This document shows positions 9,820-18,630 of a stretch of 64,000 nt of DNA, piece by piece. Source of the stretch: Nitratidesulfovibrio sp. (lineage in GTDB: Bacteria > Desulfobacterota > Desulfovibrionia > Desulfovibrionales > Desulfovibrionaceae); contig NZ_JBDXXH010000001.1 in NCBI RefSeq assembly GCF_040373385.1, positions 9,191 through 73,190 of the forward strand, in the 5' to 3' direction. Position numbers and translations under genes: made by a program. The notes under the pieces were generated by a model. The model did no database searches, was not told the origin of the DNA, and saw only the letters and a list, made by a program, of their open reading frames with translations. Positions within the stretch are counted from its first letter, which is position 1. Each line of letters starts with the position of its first letter.

Positions 9820-10935
9820 CTAGGCTTCCTCTTCGTCCAGCATCAACCCCTCGGGCAGGAAGATGTCGGGTACTTCCCCGGCGAACACCCGGTTGCGGCC
9901 CTGTTCCTTGGCCAGGTACAGTTTCTGGTCGGCCTTGCGGATGTGGTAGTCGATGTCGCCTTCCGGGCCGCAGGTGTGCACGCCAAAGGACAGGGTAACG
10001 CTGACGGGGATGCCGTGGTAGGAATACTCCATGGCTTCCACCTGGCCGCGTAGCTTTTCGGCCAGCCGTGCGGCCCCGGCCTCGTCGGTTTCCGGAAGCA
10101 GCAGCAGGAATTCCTCGCCGCCCCAGCGGCAGATGGTGTCCTGGTGGCGCAGGTTGTCGTGCAGCAGCCCGGCCACCGATTGCAGCACCTGGTCGCCGCA
10201 CTGGTGGCCGTAACAGTCGTTTACCGACTTGAAGTGGTCGATGTCGCAGATGGCGATGGACAGCGGCCTGCCGGTGCGGCGGGCGCGCACCTGCTCGTAT
10301 TCCAGCCGTTCACACAGGGCGCGGCGGTTGGCGAGGCCGGTCAGTTCATCGGTGCGGGCGCTTTCGGCCAGTTGCTGGGTAAGCAGGATGAGCAGGCGCT
10401 GGGTGTGGCGGCGGGTGTATTCCGCAAGCCCTGCGAAGATGCCGCAGCACAGCAGGGCCACAATGTAGCGGATGCGGAAGGCCTGCGAATAGTCGGCGTA
10501 CAGGAAGGGATCGCCCGGCAGGAACAGGATGGCCCCCACCCCCAGCAGCAGGGCGCTCATCAGCAGTATGCCGACGGACAGGCCGAAGGTCAGCATGACC
10601 ACGGGCGGAAAGATGAACAGCCACACAAAGCCGCTGCCCTCCACCCCGCCATGGGACACCATGTACAGCGACAGGCAGAACAGGGCCAGAACCAGCGTGG
10701 TGCTGGGCAGTACGTGGCGTCCGGTGCGGCCCACCCAGAACAGCCCGAACAGGGCAAGGCCCAGCATCACCAGCAGGAACAGGGTGAAGGTGTTCTGGCC
10801 CTGGATGAAATCCAGCACCCCCATTACCGAAGAGAACAGCGCGGTGACGCCATAGAACAGGTTCGCCACGCCGGTGACGCGCGCGGTCTCCGGGTCGGCG
10901 TCGTCCTGCAGGCCGTTGGCCAGCAGGGCGTTCAT
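9820..10935 (-). CDS. Membrane-anchored diguanylate cyclase (multi-TM N-terminus + GGDEF domain)
   Basis: ORF 9820..11508 trimmed to ATG 10935 (MNALLANGLQDD..). An alternative GTG at 10965 has GAGAGG 5 nt upstream. Several TM helices, then RTDELTGLANRR..ICDIDHFKSVNDCYGH..RWGGEEFLLLL. Confidence 0.85.
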   Translation of the reverse strand: MNALLANGLQDDADPETARVTGVANLFYGVTALFSSVMGVLDFIQGQNTFTLFLLVMLGLALFGLFWVGRTGRHVLPSTTLVLALFCLSLYMVSHGGVEGSGFVWLFIFPPVVMLTFGLSVGILLMSALLLGVGAILFLPGDPFLYADYSQAFRIRYIVALLCCGIFAGLAEYTRRHTQRLLILLTQQLAESARTDELTGLANRRALCERLEYEQVRARRTGRPLSIAICDIDHFKSVNDCYGHQCGDQVLQSVAGLLHDNLRHQDTICRWGGEEFLLLLPETDEAGAARLAEKLRGQVEAMEYSYHGIPVSVTLSFGVHTCGPEGDIDYHIRKADQKLYLAKEQGRNRVFAGEVPDIFLPEGLMLDEEEA

Positions 10936-11342
10936 GCAGCGGTGCAACCTGTTCTTTTCGAGCACTGGTGCCTCTCGTGCAACAATGGGGGCGGACAAGG
11001 CCGCACATGCCCGCAACGCACCACGGCATCCGGAACCGGGGCGAAGGTCGGGCTGGCGTGTCCATGCGTGCGGGAAAACGCAAGGGGCGGTGCCGGGCGG
11101 GCCGGTAGTGGCGGCCTCCCCGCACGTTTCCCCAAACGTGCCGCACGCGCGCCTACCGGAATGAAACCTGAGTACTGTGCAGTCGTGAAGTCTGGCCGCA
11201 AGGCGTCGCCGGGGGCGCGGGCCGCTGCGGGGCAGGTGGTCGGGCAACTGACTTGCTGGCCGGCAAGGTGGCCAATGCAACGGCCAATCCTGCGACCGAA
11301 CAGCCGGGCTGCCCAAGGGGGCTGACTCGTCGGCCTGCTCAG

Positions 11343-11448
11343 CCGGATTGACCAGCCGGATTGACCAGCCGGCCTGTCCAGTCAGATTGACCAGCCAGTC
11401 TGTCCAGGTGGACTGCCTCGTCGGACTACTCAACCGGATTGACCAGCC
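11343..11448. repeat. Array of four direct copies of (C)CGGATTGACCAGCC plus two copies of CTGTCCAG
   Basis: Copies at 11343-11357, 11356-11370, 11383-11396 (cagattgaccagcc) and 11434-11448. In non-coding DNA between the GGDEF gene and speA. Confidence 0.8.
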
Positions 11449-11467
11449 AAACGGCTTGGCAGGCCAT

Positions 11468-11483
11468 TGGCACCCCTGCGGCA
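11468..11483 (+). promoter_or_regulatory. Weak sigma-54-type -24/-12 candidate (TGGCACC-N4-CGGCA)
   Basis: ttGGcacccctgcgGCa has the correct 12-nt GG-to-GC register. The -12 element is degenerate (CGGC instead of TTGC). It lies 20-125 bp downstream of the repeat array and about 400 nt upstream of speA. Confidence 0.3.
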
Positions 11484-11738
11484 AGCCAACCAAGTGCCGA
11501 CCAGCCACCTCTTTACGGCGGAATTCGGCCTGGCCTTTAGTCCTTGCTGGATATTGCCTTCACGATGCCACAGCCCCGCCATACCACAGCGTTGCCCGCC
11601 CTGTCAGCGGCAAGTCTTCCCTCACGTCATGCCCTACCGCAAAATGGGTGGAACGCCCACCGGGAGCGCATGCCCCGTCATGCACGCTCAATGATTGCAG
11701 GACTCTGTGACGTTCGTGCGAAAAGGGGGAAAATACCG

Positions 11739-11767
11739 TTGACAAGGCCCCCCGCTGCCAATAGATA
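11739..11767 (+). promoter_or_regulatory. Sigma-70-like promoter candidate for speA
   Basis: TTGACA (11739-11744), 17-nt spacer, TAGATA (11762-11767). About 110 nt upstream of the speA ATG. Confidence 0.4.
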
Positions 11768-11884
11768 GTGCCACTCTTCCAACGCGTGCGCGCCCCTGCC
11801 CTGCACCCGCGCACGAGGGCAAGAGAGAGGCTCTGGTCGGCCCGCCGTAAAGGCGGCGCCGTGGCATGCACCTGTAAACGGGGT

Positions 11885-13822
11885 ATGTATGAGGTTCGGG
11901 AATTGGCAAGAAACCGTACGCTGCAACAGTGGAGTGTCGAAGACTCCGCTGAGCTCTATGGCATCCGCAATTGGGGTGCCGGGTACTTCGATGTCGCCCA
12001 GAGTGGTGATGTCGTGGTCTATCCTTTCGGAGACAACCGCGGTCCTGCCGTAAGCATCCCGGAAATCATCCGGGGCATGCGGGAGCGCGGCTATGACATG
12101 CCGGTGCTCCTGCGCATCGAGAACATTCTCGATTCCCAGATCACCAGTCTTCACCAATCCTTCCGCAAGGCCATCGGGTCGCTCGGCTACAAGGGCGAAT
12201 ACCGGGGCATCTTCCCCATCAAGGTCAATCAGCAGCAGCAGGTGGTCGAAAAGATCGCCCAGTTCGGTTCGCGCTACCACCACGGTCTCGAGGTGGGCAG
12301 CAAGGCCGAACTCATCGCCGCCGTCTCGCAACTGCGTGACCACGAGGCCTGCCTTGTCTGCAACGGCTACAAGGACGAGGAATTCATCGACCTTGGCCTG
12401 CACGCCGTGCGCATGGGCTACAAGTGCTTCTTCGTGCTGGAAATGGCCAGCGAGCTGCCGTTGATTCTCGAACGCGCCAAGTGCCTTGGCGTGCGCCCGC
12501 TCATCGGCGTGCGCGCCAAGCTGTCCGTGAAGGCGGGTGGCCACTGGACCGATTCCGGCGGCGAGCGCTCCACCTTCGGCCTGACCACGGCCCAGATCGT
12601 CGACGTGGTGGACCTGCTGAAGGACCACGACATGCTCGACTGCTTCCAGCTGCTGCACTATCACTTGGGGTCGCAGGTGCCCAACATCCGCGACATCCGC
12701 GCTGCCGTCATGGAAGCCTGCCGCATCTACGGCGGCCTGGTGGCCGAAGGCGCGGCCATGGGCTATCTGGACCTTGGCGGGGGCCTAGCCGTGGACTACG
12801 ACGGCTCGCACACCAACTACGTGAGCAGCCGCAACTACAGCCTGGACGAATACTGCGCGGACATCATCGAAGCGGTGATGAACATCCTCGACGAGGAAGG
12901 CATCGCCCATCCGCACATCGTCACCGAATCGGGCCGCGCCACCGTGGCCTACTACTCCATGCTGCTGTTCAACATCCTGGACGTGAGCCGCGTGGAGATA
13001 GGCAACCTGCCCGACATCCTGCCCGACGACTGCCCCGAGCCCGTGCGCAACATGCGCGAGGCGCTGGCCGGTCTTACCCTGCGCAACCTTCAGGAATGCT
13101 ACAACGACGCCGTGTACTACCGCGACGAAGTGCGCCAGCAGTTCCTGACCGGGCGCATCACCCTGCGCGAACGCACCCTTGGCGAACGCTACTTCTGGGC
13201 CATCATGAAGCGCATCGCCCAGGAAAAGCAGAAGCTGAAGCACGTCCCCAAGGATCTTGCCGAGATAGACGTGGCCCTGGCCGACATCTACTACGGCAAC
13301 TTCAGCGTGTTCCAGTCGCTGCCCGATTCGTGGGCCATCGACCAGCTGTTTCCGGTGGTGCCCCTGCACCGCCTGAACGAGCTGCCCTCGCGCCAGGGCA
13401 TCCTGTCCGACATCACCTGCGACAGCGACGGCCGCATCGACCACTTCATCGACCCGCAAGGCGTGAAGGGCACCCTGGACCTGCACCCCCTGAAGGACGG
13501 CGAGGAATACTACCTCGGCGTGTTCCTGGTGGGGGCGTATCAGGAAACCCTGGGCGACCTGCACAACCTGCTGGGCGACACCAACGTGGTTTCGGTGCGC
13601 GTGCACGAGGACGGCAGCTACGAATTCGTGCGCGAACTGCGCGGCGATTCCGTGGCGGACATCCTGTCGTATGTGGAATACGACCCCCGCCGCATCATCG
13701 ACGACATCCGCGAGGCGGCGGAACAGGCCGTGCGCGAGGGGCGCATCACCCCCTCCGACCGGTACCGGGTGATGCAGGCGTATGAGGATGGGTTGCGGGG
13801 GTACACCTACTTCGAACGCTAA
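11885..13822 (+). CDS. speA: Biosynthetic arginine decarboxylase
   Basis: ORF 11768..13822 trimmed to ATG 11885 (MYEVRELARNRTLQQWSVEDSAELYGIRNWGAGYFDV). PLP-lysine context GIFPIKVNQQQQVVE. Also HYHLGSQ, LDLGGGLAVDYDG, DITCDSDG. Confidence 0.93.
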   Translation: MYEVRELARNRTLQQWSVEDSAELYGIRNWGAGYFDVAQSGDVVVYPFGDNRGPAVSIPEIIRGMRERGYDMPVLLRIENILDSQITSLHQSFRKAIGSLGYKGEYRGIFPIKVNQQQQVVEKIAQFGSRYHHGLEVGSKAELIAAVSQLRDHEACLVCNGYKDEEFIDLGLHAVRMGYKCFFVLEMASELPLILERAKCLGVRPLIGVRAKLSVKAGGHWTDSGGERSTFGLTTAQIVDVVDLLKDHDMLDCFQLLHYHLGSQVPNIRDIRAAVMEACRIYGGLVAEGAAMGYLDLGGGLAVDYDGSHTNYVSSRNYSLDEYCADIIEAVMNILDEEGIAHPHIVTESGRATVAYYSMLLFNILDVSRVEIGNLPDILPDDCPEPVRNMREALAGLTLRNLQECYNDAVYYRDEVRQQFLTGRITLRERTLGERYFWAIMKRIAQEKQKLKHVPKDLAEIDVALADIYYGNFSVFQSLPDSWAIDQLFPVVPLHRLNELPSRQGILSDITCDSDGRIDHFIDPQGVKGTLDLHPLKDGEEYYLGVFLVGAYQETLGDLHNLLGDTNVVSVRVHEDGSYEFVRELRGDSVADILSYVEYDPRRIIDDIREAAEQAVREGRITPSDRYRVMQAYEDGLRGYTYFER

Positions 13823-13846
13823 CGGCACCCGCTCCGAAAGGGCCTC

Positions 13847-13946
13847 TTGCCCGCTGGCTTCGTCAGGCGTCGCCTTTCATTCCGGTCGAGTACGATAAGA
13901 GTACACTCCCTGCATGAACGGCTCGCCTTCCTCGCCAGCGAACAAG
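13847..13946. repeat. Intergenic repeat family, copy B (related to 7719..7868)
   Basis: Same ordered blocks as copy A (ttgcccgctggcttcgtca .. ggtcgagtacgataagagta .. cactccct .. cctcgccagcgaaca), without the insert. Confidence 0.7.
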
Positions 13947-14273
13947 ATGCCTCTTTCGGAAGCGGGCGCCGCAGGCATAGCGCGGTGCGATAAGACGAAA
14001 TCGCACTGTCGCCATGGGCGTGGTAGTGCTTTTGCGGAAATCGCTAAAGGCGTGAAGCGCAAGGCTCCGCACCCCATCGAAGCAGGATACCCTTGATGCA
14101 TGCCATGCCGATCGCATGGTATGCTGACGCCGGTCACCGGCGCATGCAGGCAACAAGCGGGGCCGCCCCATGGTGTGGGGCTGGCCGTTCGGGATAACCA
14201 CAGCAGTGTCGCGCGGTCGCGCGTTTCCGGGCATGGGTGCTCGGGGCGGGCGGGGTGCGCAAAGGAGTGCGTC

Positions 14274-15464
14274 ATGGCACGTGTCCTCATCATCGGCGCT
14301 GGCGGCGTGGGCGGCGTGGTCGTCCACAAGTGCGCGCAGGTTCCCTCCGTATTTTCCGAAATCATGCTGGCAAGCCGCACCAAGTCGAAGTGCGACGCCA
14401 TCGCCGCAGACGTGAAGGCCCGCACCGGGCGCACCATTGAAACGGCCCGGGTCGACGCCGACAACGTGCCCGAGCTGGTGGCGCTGATCCGCGCGTACAA
14501 GCCGGACATGGTGCTGAACATCGCCCTGCCGTACCAGGACCTGACCATCATGGACGCCTGCCTCGAAACCGGCGTGCACTACCTGGACACCGCCAACTAC
14601 GAGCCGCTGGACGAGGCCAAGTTCGAGTACAAGTGGCAGTGGGCCTATCAGGAGCGCTTCGAGAAGGCCGGGCTGATGGCCCTTCTGGGCAGCGGCTTCG
14701 ACCCCGGCGTGACCAACGTGTTCTGCGCCTACGTCATGAAGCACCTGCTGGACGAGGTGCACGTGCTCGACATCATCGACTGCAACGCGGGCGACCACGG
14801 GCACCCCTTTGCCACCAACTTCAACCCGGAAATCAACATCCGTGAAGTGACCGCGCGCGGCCGCTACTGGGAACGGGGCGAGTGGGTGGAAACCGATCCC
14901 CTGTCGTGGTCCATGAACTACGATTTTCCGGAGGGCATCGGCGCCAAGAAGTGCTTCCTCATGTATCACGAGGAACTGGAATCGCTGGTGCAGAACCTGA
15001 ATGGCCTGAAGCGCGCCCGGTTCTGGATGACCTTTTCGGACAATTACCTGAACCACCTGAAGGTGCTGGAAAACGTGGGCATGACCCGCATCGACGAAGT
15101 GGAGCACGACGGCAAGAAGATCGTGCCCATCCAGTTCCTGCGCGCGCTGCTGCCCGACCCGGCATCCCTCGGCCCGCGCACCAAGGGCAAGACCTGCATC
15201 GGCTGCCTGATGCAGGGGGTGAAGGACGGCAAGCCCAAGACCGTCTACATCTACAACGTGTGCGACCATCAGGAATGCTACCGCGAGGTGGGATCGCAGG
15301 CCATTTCGTACACCACTGGCGTGCCCGCCATGATCGGCGCCATGATGATGATGACCGGCAAGTGGTCCGGCAAGGGCGTGTACAACATGGAGCAGCTGGA
15401 CCCCGACCCGTTCATGGACGCCCTGAACAAGCACGGCTTGCCGTGGGTTGTGGTTGAAAAATAG
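14274..15464 (+). CDS. Saccharopine dehydrogenase-family carboxy(nor)spermidine dehydrogenase/synthase
   Basis: ORF 14100..15464 trimmed to ATG 14274 (AAAGGAG upstream). MARVLIIGAGGVGGVVVHKCAQ Rossmann motif. 396 aa. Genomic context with speA, nspC and speB. Confidence 0.88.
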   Translation: MARVLIIGAGGVGGVVVHKCAQVPSVFSEIMLASRTKSKCDAIAADVKARTGRTIETARVDADNVPELVALIRAYKPDMVLNIALPYQDLTIMDACLETGVHYLDTANYEPLDEAKFEYKWQWAYQERFEKAGLMALLGSGFDPGVTNVFCAYVMKHLLDEVHVLDIIDCNAGDHGHPFATNFNPEINIREVTARGRYWERGEWVETDPLSWSMNYDFPEGIGAKKCFLMYHEELESLVQNLNGLKRARFWMTFSDNYLNHLKVLENVGMTRIDEVEHDGKKIVPIQFLRALLPDPASLGPRTKGKTCIGCLMQGVKDGKPKTVYIYNVCDHQECYREVGSQAISYTTGVPAMIGAMMMMTGKWSGKGVYNMEQLDPDPFMDALNKHGLPWVVVEK

Positions 15465-15525
15465 ACATTCTGGGTAGTTTGCCCTCAGAATGCCGATTGT
15501 CTCGGCACAGTGAGCAGCATGAATT

Positions 15526-15553
15526 CCGGGGGGCCGCGCGTGCGGTCCCCCGG
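15526..15553 (+). terminator. Stem-loop after the dehydrogenase gene
   Basis: ccggggggccgc-gcgt-gcggtcccccgg (12-bp stem, one mismatch), followed by tccttgttc. Confidence 0.5.
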
Positions 15554-15615
15554 TCCTTGTTCAGGCAGCGGGTATGGGGGAGCATGGTGGTGATTTTCAG
15601 GAGGGGCCTTGCGGC

Positions 15616-15632
15616 ATTCTAGAATCTAGAAT
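15616..15632 (+). promoter_or_regulatory. Perfect 8-1-8 palindrome ATTCTAGA-A-TCTAGAAT (operator/-10 region) abutting the wHTH gene
   Basis: AT-rich palindrome 6 nt upstream of ATG 15638. It contains two TAGAAT -10-like hexamers. No Shine-Dalgarno before the ATG, so the transcript may be leaderless. Confidence 0.5.
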
Positions 15633-15637
15633 ATGGA

Positions 15638-16177
15638 ATGTCCATGAACCTGCTCCCGCAAGATGTACTCGTCATGCTCAAGCTTTCGGTGGCGCGGCGT
15701 ACCCGCTGGACCTACGACCAGTTGGGCGTGGCGCTGGGCATGAGCATGTCCATGGTCCACAGTTCCATCAGGCGTGCCGCGCAAGCCCGGCTGTACGATG
15801 AGAACAGGCGAAAGCCCGTGCGCGCCGCGCTGGAGGAATTTCTGGTGCATGGCGTGAAGTACGCCTTTCCTCCAGACATCGGCACGGTGACGCGCGGGGT
15901 GCCGACGGCTTTTGCCGCGCCCGCACTGAAGGGAGAACTCCTGCATGATTCGGGAGCCGAAGCGGTGTATGTCTGGCCGTATCCGGAAGGGGACCATCGG
16001 GGCGTGTCTCTGTCGCCGTTGTATAAATCAGTACCGGTAGTTGCCTTGCGCAATACCCGCCTGTACGACGCCCTGAGCCTGCTCGACGCCATCCGCATCG
16101 GGCGGGCGCGTGAACAGCAGCGGGCGGCTGAATTTCTGAAAGGCATGTTGCGGAGCGATGATGCGCCGACTGCGTAA
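15638..16177 (+). CDS. Winged-helix DNA-binding protein, putative antitoxin/regulator partner of the downstream nucleotidyltransferase (AbiEi-like by architecture)
   Basis: 179-aa ORF. N-terminal HTH WTYDQLGVALGMSMSMVHSSIRRAAQARL. C-terminal domain ..VWPYPEGDHRGVSLSPLYKSVPVVALRNTRLYDALSLLDAIRIGRAREQ. Overlaps the next gene by 20 nt. Confidence 0.6.
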   Translation: MSMNLLPQDVLVMLKLSVARRTRWTYDQLGVALGMSMSMVHSSIRRAAQARLYDENRRKPVRAALEEFLVHGVKYAFPPDIGTVTRGVPTAFAAPALKGELLHDSGAEAVYVWPYPEGDHRGVSLSPLYKSVPVVALRNTRLYDALSLLDAIRIGRAREQQRAAEFLKGMLRSDDAPTA

Positions 16178-16850
16178 CATCGGCCATGTGTTGGACGCCG
16201 CGCGCCTGCTGGGCGACCTTGCGGACGAAGTGGCCTTCGTCGGCGGGGCCAGCGTGGCCTTGTTGCTGACCGACCCGGCGGCCCCGGATGTACGTCCCAC
16301 GCTGGATGTGGACGTCATTGTCGAGGCGGCCACGCGCCACGACTATTACCGCGTGGCCGACCGCCTGCGGTCACGCGGCTTCGCGGAGGACATGGATGTG
16401 GTGTGCCGCTGGCGACACGGAGCGCTGGTGCTCGACGCCATGCCCACGGACGATGCCATTCTGGGCTTTTCCAATTGCTGGTACGCCGATGCCTTGCGCC
16501 ATGCCGTGCGCATGACCGTGGACGGCGTGACCTTGCGGGTGGCCGCCCCGGCGTATTTTCTGGCCACCAAGCTGGAAGCCTTTCGGGGGCGGGGCAACGG
16601 CGATTACCTCACCAGCCACGACATGGAAGACCTGGTGGCCGTGCTGGATGGCCGATCGGATATCGCGGGCGAGGTACAGGCTGCGGACGCAGCCGTGCGC
16701 GGCTACCTTGCTGCGGCCTTTGCCGCGCTGCTGGCCGATGACGACTTTCTGGACGCGCTGCCCGGCTACCTGCCGCCCGACCCGGCAAGCCAGAGGCGCG
16801 TCCCCCTGCTCATGGGGCGCATGCGCCCCATCGCCACGGGTGGGGTGTAA
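16158..16850 (+). CDS. Nucleotidyltransferase-fold protein (AbiEii/minimal NTase-like, putative toxin)
   Basis: 230-aa ORF. NTase signature FVGGASVALLLTDPAAPDVRPTLDVDVIV (GG..x..DxD). A further acidic residue in LVLDAMP. Helical C-terminal half YFLATKLEAFRGRGNGDYLTSHDMEDLVAVLDGR. Confidence 0.6.
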   Translation: MMRRLRNIGHVLDAARLLGDLADEVAFVGGASVALLLTDPAAPDVRPTLDVDVIVEAATRHDYYRVADRLRSRGFAEDMDVVCRWRHGALVLDAMPTDDAILGFSNCWYADALRHAVRMTVDGVTLRVAAPAYFLATKLEAFRGRGNGDYLTSHDMEDLVAVLDGRSDIAGEVQAADAAVRGYLAAAFAALLADDDFLDALPGYLPPDPASQRRVPLLMGRMRPIATGGV

Positions 16851-16936
16851 ACGTTTTCCGGCTTCCGCGCTGCCGACAGAAGTCCATATTACACCGAGGC
16901 ATCCCGCATTCCGCTTTTGCAAGGAGTACCCCCAGA

Positions 16937-18166
16937 ATGATGGACCAAGCCTATCTCGCCAAGCTCGACCCCACCCGCTTCCCGTCCCCGTGCTTTGTGG
17001 TGGACGAGGCCCGCATAGAGGCAAATGCCGCCATTCTGGACACGGTGCAGCGCCGCACCGGGGCAAAGGTGCTGCTGGCGCTGAAGGGCTTTGCCATGTG
17101 GAGCCTGTTTCCGCTGCTGTCGCGCGCGCACGGCGGGGTGCTGCACGGCACCTGCGCCAGTTCCCCGCACGAGGCGCGGCTGGGCCGCGAGGAATTCGGG
17201 GGCGAGGTGCACGCCTTTGCCGCCGGGTACAGCGCTGCGGACATGGCCGAATTGGTGACCCTGGCCGATCATCTGGTGTTCAACTCGTTCGCGCAGTGGG
17301 ACCGGTTTCGCCCGGCGGTGGCGGCGGCGGGGCGGCCCATCGAGTGCGGCATGCGCATCAATCCGGAGCACTCGGAAGGGGCGGTGGCCATCTACAACCC
17401 CTGCTCGCCGGGTTCGCGCCTGGGGGTGCGGCCCCACCACTTCGAGGCCGCCCTGGCCGAGGCGGCGGCGCGCGGCCAGGACGCGCTGGACGGCATATCC
17501 GGCCTGCATTTCCACACCCTGTGCGAGCAGGACGCCGACGCGCTGGACCGCACCCTGCACGCGGTGGAGGCGAAGTTCGGCGCGCATCTTTCGCGCATGA
17601 AATGGCTGAACTTCGGCGGCGGGCATCACATCACCCGTCCCGGCTACGACCTTGACCTGCTGTGCCGGTGCATCGACCGCATGCAGCAGAAGTACGGGGT
17701 GCGGGTGTATATCGAGCCGGGCGAGGCCGTGGCCCTGAACGCCGGGGTGCTGCTGTGCACCGTGCTGGACGTGGTGCAGGCCGACATGCCCGTTGCCATT
17801 CTGGACACCTCTGCCGCCGCGCACATGCCCGACGTGCTGGAAATGCCCTATCGCCCCGGCTGCATCGGTTCCGGCCTGCCGGGCGAGAAGGCGTGGACCT
17901 GCCGTTTCGCGGGCAAGTCGTGCCTGGCGGGCGATGTCATCGGCGAATACTCGTTCGACGCGCCCCTGCAACCCGGCGACCGGCTGGCCTTCCTGGACAT
18001 GGCCATCTACAGCATGGTCAAGACCACCACCTTCAACGGGCTGCAACTGCCCGCCATTGCCCGCTACCGGTCGGCAGACGCGGATGGCGATGCCGTCGGG
18101 CGGGGCGCGCGGCGCGAGGTGGTGCGCTCCTTCGGGTACGAGGCGTTCAAGTACCGCCTGTCCTGA
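16937..18166 (+). CDS. nspC: Carboxy(nor)spermidine decarboxylase
   Basis: 409-aa ORF with AAGGAG upstream. MMDQAYLAKLDPTRFPSPCFVVDEARIEANAAIL..ALKGFAMWSLFP..; alanine-racemase-fold decarboxylase pattern ..NFGGGHHITRPGYD..CLAGDVIGEY. Confidence 0.9.
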   Translation: MMDQAYLAKLDPTRFPSPCFVVDEARIEANAAILDTVQRRTGAKVLLALKGFAMWSLFPLLSRAHGGVLHGTCASSPHEARLGREEFGGEVHAFAAGYSAADMAELVTLADHLVFNSFAQWDRFRPAVAAAGRPIECGMRINPEHSEGAVAIYNPCSPGSRLGVRPHHFEAALAEAAARGQDALDGISGLHFHTLCEQDADALDRTLHAVEAKFGAHLSRMKWLNFGGGHHITRPGYDLDLLCRCIDRMQQKYGVRVYIEPGEAVALNAGVLLCTVLDVVQADMPVAILDTSAAAHMPDVLEMPYRPGCIGSGLPGEKAWTCRFAGKSCLAGDVIGEYSFDAPLQPGDRLAFLDMAIYSMVKTTTFNGLQLPAIARYRSADADGDAVGRGARREVVRSFGYEAFKYRLS

Positions 18167-18277
18167 TGCGGCGGGCATGCGGTTCGCCAGTCCGTGCGGC
18201 TTTCGGGGGTGCTTGCGCCTGCGTTCGGCAATGCCTAGCATGTGTCCATGCGGGCGCCATGCGCCCCGGAGGCAGCC

Positions 18278-18592
18278 ATGATCTACATCGATGACAACGC
18301 GCGGGAGCGCATTTTGTCGGACGGCGGCAACGTGATCGTGTACATGCAGGCGGCGCGTGGCTGCGGCTGAGCATCGCGCATCATGCCCGTGCGAACCCCC
18401 GCCGTGCGCGTGGGGCAACCCCCGGAATGGATGCGGCCCGCCTTTCACCGGCACATGGTGGACGGCGTGGTGGTGTGGCTGGACCCGTCGGTAAAGCGGT
18501 TGCGCTGGGACGAACCGGCCCGCGTGCGGCTGCGCCGGTTCCTGTGGTTTTCGTATTTCGACGTGGAGGGGGCGCGCACCCTGGTGGCCTAG
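18278..18592 (+). CDS. Small conserved-looking protein with an in-frame TGA (candidate selenocysteine, G-C-G-U motif); 104 codons if read through
   Basis: ATG 18278 has GGAGG 6 nt upstream. This opens a 30-codon frame ending at TGA 18368-18370. The track ORF 18383..18592 is in the same frame (offset 105 nt) and has no SD of its own. GC3-rich codon usage continues across the TGA. An imperfect hairpin lies at 18385..18416. Confidence 0.5.
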
Positions 18593-18630
18593 CCTGCCGG
18601 GGGCGAGAGCCCCGCGCTGACGTGAGCGGA

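Noticed and set aside
11343-11448. Possible CRISPR array; also considered for the tandem repeats at 48861..48912 and 18631..18701.
   Set aside because: The units are 10-18 bp, are contiguous or have irregular short gaps, and show no repeat-spacer periodicity of about 60-70 bp. No cas genes lie in the window.
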